DNA from: an uncultured Nitrospiraceae bacterium
GTDB taxonomy: Bacteria > Nitrospirota > Nitrospiria > Nitrospirales > Nitrospiraceae
Reading direction: 5' to 3'
Assembly (NCBI GenBank): GCA_963846575.1
Contig: CAWJWJ010000001.1
Location: forward strand, 320,001 to 384,000
Length of the DNA stretch: 64,000 bases
Of the stretch, positions 20,411 to 30,689 are shown piece after piece; within the stretch, counting starts at the first letter, position 1; the number at the start of each line of letters is the position of its first letter. A program made the translations under genes and the position numbers. Under the pieces are notes generated by a model. That model worked only from the letters and a program-made list of their open reading frames with translations. It did not search any database and was not told the DNA's origin.

Positions 20411-21847
20411 GTGCAGCGTATCCGCGAAGGACTCAGGAACAGGATCCGCTCCTTCGTCACCCAACACACGGGCCTGGACGAAATGGCCGTCGATGACCTT
20501 GCCACATCGACGAAATTGCAGTCCTGGGAAGCCGTCCAAATTCCGGAACGGCTCCGGTTCTCGTCCCGCCTGGCCATTCTCCTGGTCGGGCTCTTCATCC
20601 TGATCGTCGCGTTTGTCCCCTGGACCCAAACCATCACGGTCACCGGCCAACTCTCCGCCTATTCGCCCTTTGAACGGCCGCAGGATATTGAAGCGCAGAT
20701 TACCGGTCGCATCAAAAAATGGCACGTCTTCGAAGGCGTGCGCGTCACAGCCGGAGACGTGATTCTCGAACTCGAAGACTACGATCCAAGTTTCATGGCG
20801 CCGGATCTCCTCGGCTTGCTCGAGCAACGGAAGAAAGCCTTGGAGGACACCCGCAAGGCCGCGCTGAGTCGAGCGGACCAGTTGGAGAAGCGGATCAAGG
20901 AGATGCAGAACCTCGTCAAGGCGGCGGTGCCCTCGGCCGGCGCCCGGATCCAAGAGGCAGAAAGCAAGGTGCGTGAAGCACGGCAGAAGATCGAAGCCGC
21001 CAAAATCGCCGTGGCGACGGCCGAACTCAATAGGGCACGTCACCAGGAACTTGCCAAGAAAGGCCTCGTATCGCAACGCGAGTTGGAACTCACCATTCAA
21101 GCCGCCATCGCCAGCAAGGCTGATTTGCAAGGCGCACAGGCCAACCTCAGCGCAGCCGAGCAGGGCATGAAGGCGCTGGGTTTCGGACGAGACCAGGTGA
21201 GCGCTGAAATGCTCCAACGACTCCTTGACGCTGAAGCTTCGCGGGACGCGTCCATCGGAGAAGCGGCGAAAGCTGCCGATCAGGTCGCCGAGGTGTCCTT
21301 ACGACTCTCCAATGCGAATCAGCGCCGGGTGGCCGGACGCATTCTCTCGCCGATCGACGGAACCGTCGTGAAGATGGTGCAGGCCGGCGCGGGCGAAACG
21401 GTTCGGCCGGGGGATAAACTGGTGAGAATTTCCCCCAGCAGCGCGGACAAGGCTATCGAAATGGTCGCCGACGGTATTGATGCTCCGTTGCTCAATGTCG
21501 GGCGAAAGGTGAAGATCCTTTTCTATGGCATCCCTGCCATCCCATTGCCGGCCTGGCCGGAACTGATGGCCGGTACCTATAACGGCGTGATCAAGGTCAT
21601 CGACCAGGTGGATGACGGGAAAGGAAACTTTCGCTTCTGGGTGGTCCCCGATCAGGAAGAGCGACCCTGGCCGCCGCAAGAACATGTCCGACAGGGAACG
21701 AAGGCCATGGGATGGGTCATTCTCAACCGGGTCCCGCTATGGTATGAACTGTGGCGCCGTTTCAATCTGTTTCCGCCCGACTATCAGGAACGGCCCCCGA
21801 GTTTGATCGATACGCTCTTGCCGAAGGCCGGGCGAGGAGCCAAATAG
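20411..21847 (+). CDS. HlyD-family periplasmic adaptor (membrane fusion protein)
   Basis: Single TM, lipoyl-like half motifs (IEAQITGRIKKWHVFEGVRV; SPIDGTV), long coiled coil, C-terminal VPLWYELWRRFNLFPP. Confidence 0.9.
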   Translation: MQRIREGLRNRIRSFVTQHTGLDEMAVDDLATSTKLQSWEAVQIPERLRFSSRLAILLVGLFILIVAFVPWTQTITVTGQLSAYSPFERPQDIEAQITGRIKKWHVFEGVRVTAGDVILELEDYDPSFMAPDLLGLLEQRKKALEDTRKAALSRADQLEKRIKEMQNLVKAAVPSAGARIQEAESKVREARQKIEAAKIAVATAELNRARHQELAKKGLVSQRELELTIQAAIASKADLQGAQANLSAAEQGMKALGFGRDQVSAEMLQRLLDAEASRDASIGEAAKAADQVAEVSLRLSNANQRRVAGRILSPIDGTVVKMVQAGAGETVRPGDKLVRISPSSADKAIEMVADGIDAPLLNVGRKVKILFYGIPAIPLPAWPELMAGTYNGVIKVIDQVDDGKGNFRFWVVPDQEERPWPPQEHVRQGTKAMGWVILNRVPLWYELWRRFNLFPPDYQERPPSLIDTLLPKAGRGAK

Positions 21848-21924
21848 CACTTTCCCCCTGACTGGCGCGATCGTACCGAACGCTTCATCTCCTCGATTCT
21901 TACTCTTCCGAAAGGAGTGGCCTG

Positions 21925-23415
21925 ATGAAGAAGTCTATATGGGTATTGGTTCTGGCAGCCTGTGCACTCTGCTGGCTCCCCGAAGGGAGCGTGGCCGGGG
22001 ATGACGCCGGCAAATCCAGAACGCTTCCGCCGATTCCCCTTTCATTAAACGAGGTATTGGCCTGGATCGATCGATCCCATCCCCTGCTGAAGGGAGCCGG
22101 CACCGAAAAGGTTTCGGCGCGCGGCAAAATGCTCAAAGCCCTGGGCGCGTTCGAGCCGGTATTTATCAACGACACCGAGATCGAACGTTTTATCGAAAAA
22201 GGTACGTCCAAAACCCAAAGCGTAGGATTTAACGATACCTTGGTCGAAGCACGGACGCCCTGGGGATTCCGTGGCAGCGCGGGCGTCCGGCAGGCCATCG
22301 GCGAGGCGAGAATCCCCGACCTTTCCTTCGGCAACGGCAATCAACAGGTCATTCTCGGCGGCTTTCTGCCTCTTCTGAAAGGGCTCATGGTGAATCCTGA
22401 AAACGCCGAGCTCCAGCGCTCGGAGCTGGCGGATCCCCGTGCCGATGTGAAGATTTCTCAAACGAGACAGGACCTGTTCCTCGCCGCAGCCAGCCAGTTC
22501 TGGGATTGGGTCTCTTCCGCCAAATTCGTGGATATACAACGCCGGGCCCTGGGCGTCGCGGAGGAACGGTTGAAACAGGTTGAAGGCAGGGCAAAGGCCG
22601 GGGCCGTGGCACCGCTGGATGTGGTCGAGGCCGGGCAGGAAGTACAGCGTCGACGCGAGGTCTCAATCGCCGCCCAACGAGCGATCGAACAGGAGCAGTA
22701 CCGGATGTCGATGTTCCTCTGGGAGAACCAGGCGCCGAGCGCCCCCCAACTCGATCGCGCGCCGGACTTTCCTCCTTCAGCCGGCGCCCCGACGGCGGAA
22801 ACCGTCAAAGCCGACAAACTACAGGCCAAAACCGATCGCCCGGAGATTCGCGAGGTCGAGATCGAAGCGAAGGTTAACAATATCGATTTGGAGTTAGCCA
22901 AAAACAATCTCCTGCCCAGTCTGGACCTCGAAGCCGCGCCGGCACGCGCCCCGGAGAAATTCGTACTCGGGCTCGGCTACCGGTTTGGAGTGGAACTGCG
23001 CATGCCAATCCTCCAGCGGAGGAGCCGGGGAGAAGTCTTGGAAGCACAAGCCCAGGCCGATCGTCTGGTTCTCGTCCAGAAATACCGTGAGCAGCAGGTC
23101 GTCGTGGATGTCGATAACGCCCTGTCGGCCATCGAGCGGGCCAAAGAACGGGTGACCGCGGCTTCGGAATCCCTCCGCATGGCCAAAACGCTGGAAGAAG
23201 GCGAGCGGTTCCGGTTCAGCCTGGGGGCCACGAGCGTGCTGTTTGTGAACTTACGTGAACGGAACTCCGTCGATTCGGAAATGCAACTGGTACGGGCCAA
23301 AGCGGATTATCAAAAGGCGCTGGCCCTCTACCAGTGGGCCACGGGCACCTGGGCGAGAAGTCAGCCGTCGGCTGTGCCGGTCAACTATCGGATCGGTGCA
23401 GGCGTCTCCAAATAG
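21925..23415 (+). CDS. TolC-family outer membrane factor
   Basis: Signal peptide, two OEP helical repeats, RFSLGATSVLFVNLRE. Confidence 0.9.
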   Translation: MKKSIWVLVLAACALCWLPEGSVAGDDAGKSRTLPPIPLSLNEVLAWIDRSHPLLKGAGTEKVSARGKMLKALGAFEPVFINDTEIERFIEKGTSKTQSVGFNDTLVEARTPWGFRGSAGVRQAIGEARIPDLSFGNGNQQVILGGFLPLLKGLMVNPENAELQRSELADPRADVKISQTRQDLFLAAASQFWDWVSSAKFVDIQRRALGVAEERLKQVEGRAKAGAVAPLDVVEAGQEVQRRREVSIAAQRAIEQEQYRMSMFLWENQAPSAPQLDRAPDFPPSAGAPTAETVKADKLQAKTDRPEIREVEIEAKVNNIDLELAKNNLLPSLDLEAAPARAPEKFVLGLGYRFGVELRMPILQRRSRGEVLEAQAQADRLVLVQKYREQQVVVDVDNALSAIERAKERVTAASESLRMAKTLEEGERFRFSLGATSVLFVNLRERNSVDSEMQLVRAKADYQKALALYQWATGTWARSQPSAVPVNYRIGAGVSK

Positions 23416-23551
23416 TGGCATTTTGCGCGATGCTCTGTTAACGTTTGTCGAATGACGGGATCCTGTGCCGACGGGCTCCGATCCACGATGTGAGACTCCT
23501 CTCCCCTAGTCCGGGCAAGATGTCGGGAGAAGCCCGGTAGGGGTGGCAGCC

Positions 23552-25219
23552 ATGGCAGAAGACCGGTCCGACAAACAAATTAATCTTTTTCAAACGGTCG
23601 TCGGCCACCTCGGCCTCCTGATCCGCATGGAACGGCGGATCCTGGGCCTCATCTTTTCCTATTCCATCGCCATCGGGCTGTTTGCGCTGATCGTTCCTCT
23701 CACCGTTCAAGAACTTGTCAATACGTTTGCGTTCGCCATCCAGCCCATCACGATCGTGACCCTCGCGGTGGTAATGGTCACAGCCCTGTTGTTCGTCGGC
23801 GCGTTCCGCGCGTTGCAGTATTACGCTGTCGAAGTGCTGGAACGGCGAGTGTTCGCCCGCGTCGCCATTGCGATGGCCCAGCAACTCCCGCATCTGCGAT
23901 ATCAGGGGTTCAAGCCCCGTTACGCTAATATCTTCATGGAAACCATCCTGATGCAACGGGCCGTCTCGGTCCTGTTGGTGGACTTGATCAACGTGGTCGT
24001 GGGTGGCGCGGTCGGCATGTCCATCCTGGTCTTCTACCATCCGTATTTTCTCCTCTACAACGCCATCCTGCTGCTCGGGTTCAACGTGGTGTTCTTTCTG
24101 ATGAGCCATGGCGGCCTCAGGGCCGACCTGGACCTCTCTCATGCAAAATACGACACGTTGCACTGGTTTCAAGAAATCGCCTACAACCTGCTGCACTTCA
24201 AATCGACCGACAGCCAGACGCTCCTGATCAGAAAAACCGATCAGCTGGTGGATACCTACATCAGCGTGCGCAAGACCCGGTTCGGCGTGTTGATCCGGCA
24301 GTACCTGGGATCGGTAGGATGGCAAGCCATCGCGCACAGCGGCCTGATAGCGACCGCCGGCTGGTTGCTCGGAATCGGCCAACTGACACTCGGACAATTT
24401 GTCGCAGCCGAGGTGGTGGTCAGCGGAATTTTGTCGAGCTTCGACGGGGTGGTAAAGCGGATGGGACATATCTACTATTTCCTGACCGCACTGAGCGAAC
24501 TGAACTTTCTGTTCTCGCTACCGAAAGATCAAGATACCGCGAGCCTCGCCATTCCGCTTCCCGATCCGACCGTGCACGGCATCCGGGTTACCTGCAAGGA
24601 TCTGACCTTCTCCCCCCCGGGCGGCACACCCGTGTTCGAGCACTTCGATCTGGAAGTCACGCCGGGCGAAAAGATCGGCATTTATGCCGAGACGACGAAG
24701 GCCAAAACCGTGCTGGCCCGTGTGCTCGGCGGTTTGGACTCCCCTACCTCCGGTGTCATCCGCTACAACGGTGTGGACCTGCGACATCTCAATCTTGATT
24801 CGGTGAACCGATTCAGAGGATTCATTCTAGACTCCCAATTATCGCTGTTCGAAGGTACGCTCGAGGAGAACATCGTGCTCGGCCGGGACTACATTCCCTA
24901 CAGCGACTTGCGCTGGGCGCTCCGGTTTGCGGAACTCGAAGAAGAAGTCGATGCCTTGCCCCAGGGTTTGAAAACGCATATCCGGAACACCGGAAAGATT
25001 TTCGCGCCCACCCACATCGTACGGATCCTCGTGGCGCGGGCCATTCTGGGCCGGCCTCAACTCCTCATATTCGAGGGAATCCTGCACAATATGCCGTCGG
25101 CGATGCGGGAAACTATCATCAGGCGACTGTGCAGCAAGGAGGAACCCTGGTCCGTGATCTTTGTCTCCAATGATCCCAACCTCACCTCGCATGTCGACCG
25201 CCGCATCATGCTCAGTTGA
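23552..25219 (+). CDS. ABC exporter subunit 1 (TMD plus degenerate NBD)
   Basis: ABC-membrane domain (LIVPLTVQELVN..LTLGQFVAAE) and NBD fold (LFEGTLEENI, LPQGL, ARAILGRPQLLIF) with non-canonical Walker A and signature. Confidence 0.88.
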   Translation: MAEDRSDKQINLFQTVVGHLGLLIRMERRILGLIFSYSIAIGLFALIVPLTVQELVNTFAFAIQPITIVTLAVVMVTALLFVGAFRALQYYAVEVLERRVFARVAIAMAQQLPHLRYQGFKPRYANIFMETILMQRAVSVLLVDLINVVVGGAVGMSILVFYHPYFLLYNAILLLGFNVVFFLMSHGGLRADLDLSHAKYDTLHWFQEIAYNLLHFKSTDSQTLLIRKTDQLVDTYISVRKTRFGVLIRQYLGSVGWQAIAHSGLIATAGWLLGIGQLTLGQFVAAEVVVSGILSSFDGVVKRMGHIYYFLTALSELNFLFSLPKDQDTASLAIPLPDPTVHGIRVTCKDLTFSPPGGTPVFEHFDLEVTPGEKIGIYAETTKAKTVLARVLGGLDSPTSGVIRYNGVDLRHLNLDSVNRFRGFILDSQLSLFEGTLEENIVLGRDYIPYSDLRWALRFAELEEEVDALPQGLKTHIRNTGKIFAPTHIVRILVARAILGRPQLLIFEGILHNMPSAMRETIIRRLCSKEEPWSVIFVSNDPNLTSHVDRRIMLS

Positions 25220-25409
25220 CCGACTGCCGCATGAATCTCCCGACGCGCTGGTCGCCCGGAATCTCGCTCCCCGAAGCCGCTGCCATGAATGCCCGGCCCA
25301 TACCCCGTCGCGGTCCTGAGGACGGGACACCGGAACGGTCGGCCTCCTTGACAGACCTCCTGCGTTTCCTCAGACTGCCTTCGTGCAGCACGCCGACGCG
25401 AGTATCCGA

Positions 25410-27086
25410 GTGACTCACACTGCCACTGAGGCACCCCTTCCCACCCTGTCGGCCTGGACCGTCCTCGCACGCCTGAACCTGCTGGTCGGACTCGAACATC
25501 GTATTCTGATTATCATCGTGTCCTATGCGGTGGTCATCGGCCTGTTTGCCCTGATCATCCCGCTCACCGTGCAGGAACTTGTCAACACCTTCGCCTTCGC
25601 AATCGAACCCATCATGATCGTGACCCTGGCTGCGATGATGCTTGGAGCGCTGCTCTTCATGGGGGCTTTCCGGGTGCTCCAGGCCCGTGCCATGGAAATT
25701 CTGGTCCAGCGTCTCTATGCACGCCTCGCTGTCGCCTTTACCGAAACCCTGCCCCGCATCCGAGAAAATGTCTTTCTCCCTGAGCATACCAATGCCTTTA
25801 CCGAAGCGGAACTGCTCCCGCGCGCCCTGGTCGCGCTGCTCACTGACATTGTCAATGTGTCGGTGTCAGGCGTGATCGGCATGACGATTCTGGTGATGTA
25901 CCATCCCTATTTTCTCGGCTATAACACTTTGCTCATTGCAAGCTTCGGCTTCCTCCTCACCATCTTCGGCCGAGGGGGACTACGCATCACGCAACGCGTC
26001 TCTCACTTACACTATCAGACCTTTCACTGGCTGCAGGACATCGGCATTAACCGGCTCCACTTCAAGGCCACCGACAGCCTTCCCCTGCTTCTCAAAAAAA
26101 CCGATGCGCTCGTTCAGGCCTACGTCATGGCGCGTAAGACGCGCTCCGACATCTTGACCGGCGGGCAATACAAAAGCGCCGTCATCTTCCAGGCGTTCGC
26201 ACACAGCGGCATGATCGGACTGGGCGGATGGCTGCTGTCGATCGGGGATATTACCCTCGGACAATTCGTGGCCGCCGAAGTCATCGTGGGAACCCTGCTC
26301 CTGAATCTCGACACCGTGGCCCGCCGCATGTATGCCGCGATTTATGTCGTTACGTCACTCGATGAATTGTCGAAGCTCTTCGCGCTTCCCAAAGAGGAGA
26401 CCTCCCATTCCCTCACCGCATCCCTCCCCGACCCGTCGCGGAGTGGCGTGCGACTCACCTGCAAGGACGTGGCCTATGACGCGCCGGATGGATCGCGACT
26501 CATCGAACACTTTAATCTGGAAGTCATGCCGGGCGAAAAAATCAGCGTCCTCTCGCCTACCAGCACAAGTAAGACGGCGCTCGCATTGATTTTGGCGGGG
26601 TTGCACCATCCGACCGGAGGGGTGATTCGCTACAACGACGTGGACCTGCGGGACGTCTCGCTGAGTTATGTGAATCGATGCCGGGGGCTGATGCTGGATT
26701 CCCAACCCAGTTTGTTCGATGGAACCCTGGAGGAGAATATCACCTTGCAGCGGCCTTCGATCCGATTTGACGACCTGAGCTGGGCGCTCCGATTCGTGGA
26801 ACTGGAGGAGGAGGTCGATGCACTGCCGCAGGGATTGGAAGCCCCCGTCCGCGGAAACGGTGTGAATTTCACCCGAAGCCAAGTGTTGCGCGTGCTCCTG
26901 GCACGGATGATTGTGACCAAGCCGCGACTGCTGGTGTTTGACGGCAGTCTTCACAATATCGAACCCGGACTCCGGGTGACCTTACTGCGCCGGCTCTGTT
27001 CCAAGGAAGAAGCCTGGTCGGTGGTCTTCGTCTCCAATGATCCGGAGATTGCACAATTGGTGGAACGACGCGTGACTCTCGCCTGA
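25410..27086 (+). CDS. ABC exporter subunit 2 (TMD plus degenerate NBD), paralog of subunit 1
   Basis: Shares IGLFALIxPLTVQELVNTFAFAI, TLGQFVAAEV and LRFxELEEEVDALPQGL with subunit 1. Start uncertain (25383 or 25410). Confidence 0.88.
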   Translation: MTHTATEAPLPTLSAWTVLARLNLLVGLEHRILIIIVSYAVVIGLFALIIPLTVQELVNTFAFAIEPIMIVTLAAMMLGALLFMGAFRVLQARAMEILVQRLYARLAVAFTETLPRIRENVFLPEHTNAFTEAELLPRALVALLTDIVNVSVSGVIGMTILVMYHPYFLGYNTLLIASFGFLLTIFGRGGLRITQRVSHLHYQTFHWLQDIGINRLHFKATDSLPLLLKKTDALVQAYVMARKTRSDILTGGQYKSAVIFQAFAHSGMIGLGGWLLSIGDITLGQFVAAEVIVGTLLLNLDTVARRMYAAIYVVTSLDELSKLFALPKEETSHSLTASLPDPSRSGVRLTCKDVAYDAPDGSRLIEHFNLEVMPGEKISVLSPTSTSKTALALILAGLHHPTGGVIRYNDVDLRDVSLSYVNRCRGLMLDSQPSLFDGTLEENITLQRPSIRFDDLSWALRFVELEEEVDALPQGLEAPVRGNGVNFTRSQVLRVLLARMIVTKPRLLVFDGSLHNIEPGLRVTLLRRLCSKEEAWSVVFVSNDPEIAQLVERRVTLA

Positions 27087-27204
27087 GGCCTGGCGCCCGG
27101 CGGCCTGACTCCCGCGGCTTCTTTGTTGCCGTCCGATCTGGTAGACTTCATGGGTCTCGGCAGCGACCTCCCGGTTTCGTCTGCGGCCTAAAGAAAGGGA
27201 CTCC

Positions 27205-27987
27205 GTGTCACTGGCATCGCGACTGAAGTTATCCGTTCCCACCGGCAACCAATTGCTCATCAGCATTCTGATCGGAGCGCTGGGATGGATGAGCGGCCAG
27301 GCGCTCAGCCGAATCGATCAGGATCTGCGGATCATGTACACCGAATACACGTTGGGTGCGGCCGACCTCGCACACATTTCGGCCGACGTGATGCGCTATC
27401 GGAATACGATCATCCGGTCGCTGGAAGCCCAAAACCAGAAAACGTTCGAACGGATCACCGAGTCCCTGCCCTCGCAACGGGCGCGCATTCAACATGCCGT
27501 GGATCGATATGCCGCCGCCGGCCTCCGCGTGTCCAGAAGCGGCCGGAGCGAGGAAAAAGACATCCAGGCCGTGCGCGAAAGCCTGGACCAGTACTTCCAC
27601 GTGGCCAGTAAAACCGTTGATTTGCTGACTCAGGAATGGTCCGCGAGCTCGACTGCGGCGGCGACAGAGCTGCGGCGCAAAGCGGAAATTCATGCCGCCG
27701 ACAACGGGGGACCGAAGATCATGCAGGTGAGCCTGGCGCTCGACCGGTTACTGGAGACGGTCTCGGAAGTCGCGAAGGACATGCGTGACGAAGGAACCAT
27801 CACGATTCGCAATACGAGCTATTGGATTGTCGGAGGCAGTTTCTTCATCGCCCTGTTGAATCTGTTCTTGGCTTCGTCGTTACGGCCGCTCGCGGCTCCG
27901 CCTGCGAAATCAGAAGAACCCACTCGAACCGGGTCTCCCAGGCCCCTGCCGAATGACAGGCCGAATCCCGCGCTGCGAACCGACTGA
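27205..27987 (+). CDS. Stand-alone four-helix-bundle (4HB/MCP-type) sensor-domain membrane protein
   Basis: TM, helical periplasmic region (IDQDLRIMYTEYTLGAADLAHI), TM, then a short Pro-rich tail. Confidence 0.7.
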   Translation: MSLASRLKLSVPTGNQLLISILIGALGWMSGQALSRIDQDLRIMYTEYTLGAADLAHISADVMRYRNTIIRSLEAQNQKTFERITESLPSQRARIQHAVDRYAAAGLRVSRSGRSEEKDIQAVRESLDQYFHVASKTVDLLTQEWSASSTAAATELRRKAEIHAADNGGPKIMQVSLALDRLLETVSEVAKDMRDEGTITIRNTSYWIVGGSFFIALLNLFLASSLRPLAAPPAKSEEPTRTGSPRPLPNDRPNPALRTD

Positions 27988-28008
27988 CAGGGCCTCGCCT
28001 CTTCCTGT

Positions 28009-28719
28009 TCACGTGAAGGATCTACCCGGGCGGCCCAGCGCCTGAAAGAGACGGTCCCGCTCTTCCGTGGTCAGATCCGTCCATTGGCCCGCCTGCAGCC
28101 CTTCGATCGTGATATGCATGATCCGCACACGGTGCAACGCCACCACGCGGTACCCGAGCGCCTGACACATTCGTCGAATCTGGCGGTTCCGGCCCTCCAT
28201 GAGGATGATACGAAAGCGTCGAGAGTCGAGCCGTGACAGGCGACAGGGCCTGGTAGCGACACCCTGAATCATCACTCCCTGCGCCATACGCGACAGAAAG
28301 TTTTCGTCGAACTCCCGGTTCACGTCAACTCGATATTCCCGTTCATGCCCGTGCTCCACCCGGAGGATGTCGTTCACGATATCGCCGTCGTTTGTCAACA
28401 GAATGAGGCCGGACGAATCCTTATCGAGCCGTCCGATCGGAAAAATCCTGGCGGCATGGCCGATTTCTGAAATGATGTTTCGTGGTACGTGCAATTCGGT
28501 GGTCGTCGTGACGCCCACGGGTTTGTGATACTTGAGATAGACGGTGGCATTGCCCCGCTGAAGCACCGTGCCGTCGCGTGCGATGACATCCTGCGTCGAG
28601 ACCTGATCGCCGAGCTTCGCCACGAGGCCGTTGATCGTCACCCGTCCCTCGGCAATCAGCCGGTCGGCCTCCCGTCGTGAACATAACCCTTGTTCCGTGA
28701 AGAACTTATTGATGCGCAT
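28009..28719 (-). CDS. rRNA pseudouridine synthase (RsuA/RluF type, S4 domain)
   Basis: MRINKF..CSRREAD S4 motif, GRLDKDSSGL, EGRNRQIRRM. Confidence 0.93.
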   Translation of the reverse strand: MRINKFFTEQGLCSRREADRLIAEGRVTINGLVAKLGDQVSTQDVIARDGTVLQRGNATVYLKYHKPVGVTTTTELHVPRNIISEIGHAARIFPIGRLDKDSSGLILLTNDGDIVNDILRVEHGHEREYRVDVNREFDENFLSRMAQGVMIQGVATRPCRLSRLDSRRFRIILMEGRNRQIRRMCQALGYRVVALHRVRIMHITIEGLQAGQWTDLTTEERDRLFQALGRPGRSFT

Positions 28720-28996
28720 GGTCACCGGGACGTCCCCGTGAAGCTGTGCGGCAAGCTATCGTGGCGCGGAGGTTCGCCAGGAACCTCGAGCCGCTCTCTC
28801 AGGTTGTAACGTCCTTCACGCGGAGCGTGGGCAGGCTCTTCCGTCTGGTCACATCACGCATAGCGATTTTCGAAGAAATCATCATAGGGCCAGGAGAGAC
28901 GGTATCCGCTCGTTCGCCTGCACGAAGACCACCCATGGGCCGGCTTGTGGCAGCGGCAGAGGGAGCCAGTGCGGAGGCAAGGCGTGCTGATGTGGG

Positions 28997-29929
28997 CTAG
29001 TGGACGCGTCGGCCGGCCCGGACCCGCCCGAGCATGCGATAGATCAGCCGGGCAATGCTGAATTGTGGCGCAACAAACCCCTCGATGGGCGCGATCTCGC
29101 TAATATCCATGCCCACGATTCCCGGACCGTTCGCCAGCGCGGTCACCAGCGCAAGCGTATCGTACCATCCGAGGCCGCCCGGTTCGGGTGTTCCCAACGC
29201 CGGGACCAGCGAGGCATCCAGCCCATCACAATCAAACGTCAGATAGACCGGTCCCTTGCAGGCTGCCAGCACCTCGGGAATCCAGCGGGTCGCACGCCCC
29301 TCATAGGGACCTGACGGATCCAGGATAGAAGCCGCCAAAAATGTTTTGATCCGAGGTGTTTTGTCAATCAGCTCGATTTCTTCAGGACTTATCGAACGGA
29401 CCCCCACTTGGACCAGCGGCAGACCGTCCTGCACCACACGGGCCATGACACTGGCATGGCTGTACGGATTGTCCTGGTAGGCCTGGCGAAGGTCGCCGTG
29501 GGCATCGATCTGCAACACACACATCGTCGGATATTGCCGCGCATGCGCACGGATGGCGCCCAACGCACCGGTATGTTCGCCCGTCAGGGTGACGAGAAAC
29601 TTTCCCACGCCGACATGCGGCTGAACGAAGTCCTGAATAGCCTGCACGGCCGGCCCGTCGACCAGACCATTCAATTCCAACGTTGCCGCAGTCGCGACCC
29701 CTCCCCACTCCCGGTAGGGCTCATACCGCAGCGTTTCATCGTAGAGTTCAACCTGCTGGGAGGCTTCAATAATGGCGGAAGGGCCACGGTCCGACCCGAG
29801 GATATAACTCGAGGTATGTTCGTAGGGGGCAGGCAGTACGTAGACCCCGGCTTGCTCCGGATGACACCAGGGTTCGTCGATTCCGAGAAAATTGTCGCTT
29901 TGCCCGAGCCACCCGGAGGGGAGCGTCAT
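28997..29929 (-). CDS. speB: Agmatinase / ureohydrolase
   Basis: TGEH, DAHGD, SHAS, DCDGLD, GTPEPGG Mn-binding motifs. Confidence 0.93.
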   Translation of the reverse strand: MTLPSGWLGQSDNFLGIDEPWCHPEQAGVYVLPAPYEHTSSYILGSDRGPSAIIEASQQVELYDETLRYEPYREWGGVATAATLELNGLVDGPAVQAIQDFVQPHVGVGKFLVTLTGEHTGALGAIRAHARQYPTMCVLQIDAHGDLRQAYQDNPYSHASVMARVVQDGLPLVQVGVRSISPEEIELIDKTPRIKTFLAASILDPSGPYEGRATRWIPEVLAACKGPVYLTFDCDGLDASLVPALGTPEPGGLGWYDTLALVTALANGPGIVGMDISEIAPIEGFVAPQFSIARLIYRMLGRVRAGRRVH

Positions 29930-29941
29930 AACTGCCTGCCG

Positions 29942-30517
29942 CTAAGCCTGGTTCCGCAGGCGCTTGGGAATGTTTTCAAGAGGAATGAAGACCGCCAGCG
30001 CGATGACGCAGGTCCATCGATGGGGACGGCCTACTGCGGATTGCGTGATGTTCAGGGTCCGCACGATCTTTCCGCCCATCTTGAACACCTGCTCGCGTTC
30101 TTTCCAAGCCACGTCCGGATCGAATTCGATCCCTTGGGTGGTGGCCAGCATCTGAGCCGCCAGGTCTTCGGTATATTCACCGGACTCTTCGTCCGTCTCT
30201 CCGTATGCATGGTGCTCAGACAGATACCCGTAGGTATCGCGATCGGTGGGAATTGCCAGACCGATCGAAGCGGAGATCAACCGGTTCCGCTCATTGGTTT
30301 CCGAGCGCGCCATGACGCAAAACGTGATTTCTCCGGGATTCAGCAGTTTCTCACCGCGCTTGCGCGGGAGGATCTTGCAATTGGGGGGAAGAATCGAGGA
30401 CACACTAACGAGGTTGCAATACGCCACGCCGGCGCTACGCAAGGCCTGCTCGAACGCGGCCAATTTTTCCTTGTGTACTCCGACGCCCCTCGTCAAAAAC
30501 ATGTGTGTTGGTACCAT
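29942..30517 (-). CDS. Pyruvoyl-dependent arginine decarboxylase
   Basis: [25 protein letters not shown] (Ser-Ser self-cleavage site), YGYLSEHH. Start at MVPTH behind GGAGAGG. Confidence 0.92.
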   Translation of the reverse strand: MVPTHMFLTRGVGVHKEKLAAFEQALRSAGVAYCNLVSVSSILPPNCKILPRKRGEKLLNPGEITFCVMARSETNERNRLISASIGLAIPTDRDTYGYLSEHHAYGETDEESGEYTEDLAAQMLATTQGIEFDPDVAWKEREQVFKMGGKIVRTLNITQSAVGRPHRWTCVIALAVFIPLENIPKRLRNQA

Positions 30518-30689
30518 GTACGTTTCCCTCTCCATCCCTCGTCGGAATCACTCTAACATGAGTGTTCGAATGATTGTGACAGACCGCGTTCCGCGCGCTT
30601 TATCGCGCGGAAACACGCGCGGAAGTTGTATCAAGTTTGCGGGGCATCCGCAATATGGCCTCGCGGTTTTTTTGTGGCACGTCCCCGCG

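Noticed and set aside
29408..30556. 382-aa plus-strand ORF and other long antisense ORFs (13565-14455, 20333-21217, 23438-24469, 32053-32982, 37122-37931)
   Set aside because: They overlap well-supported genes on the opposite strand; typical high-GC shadows.
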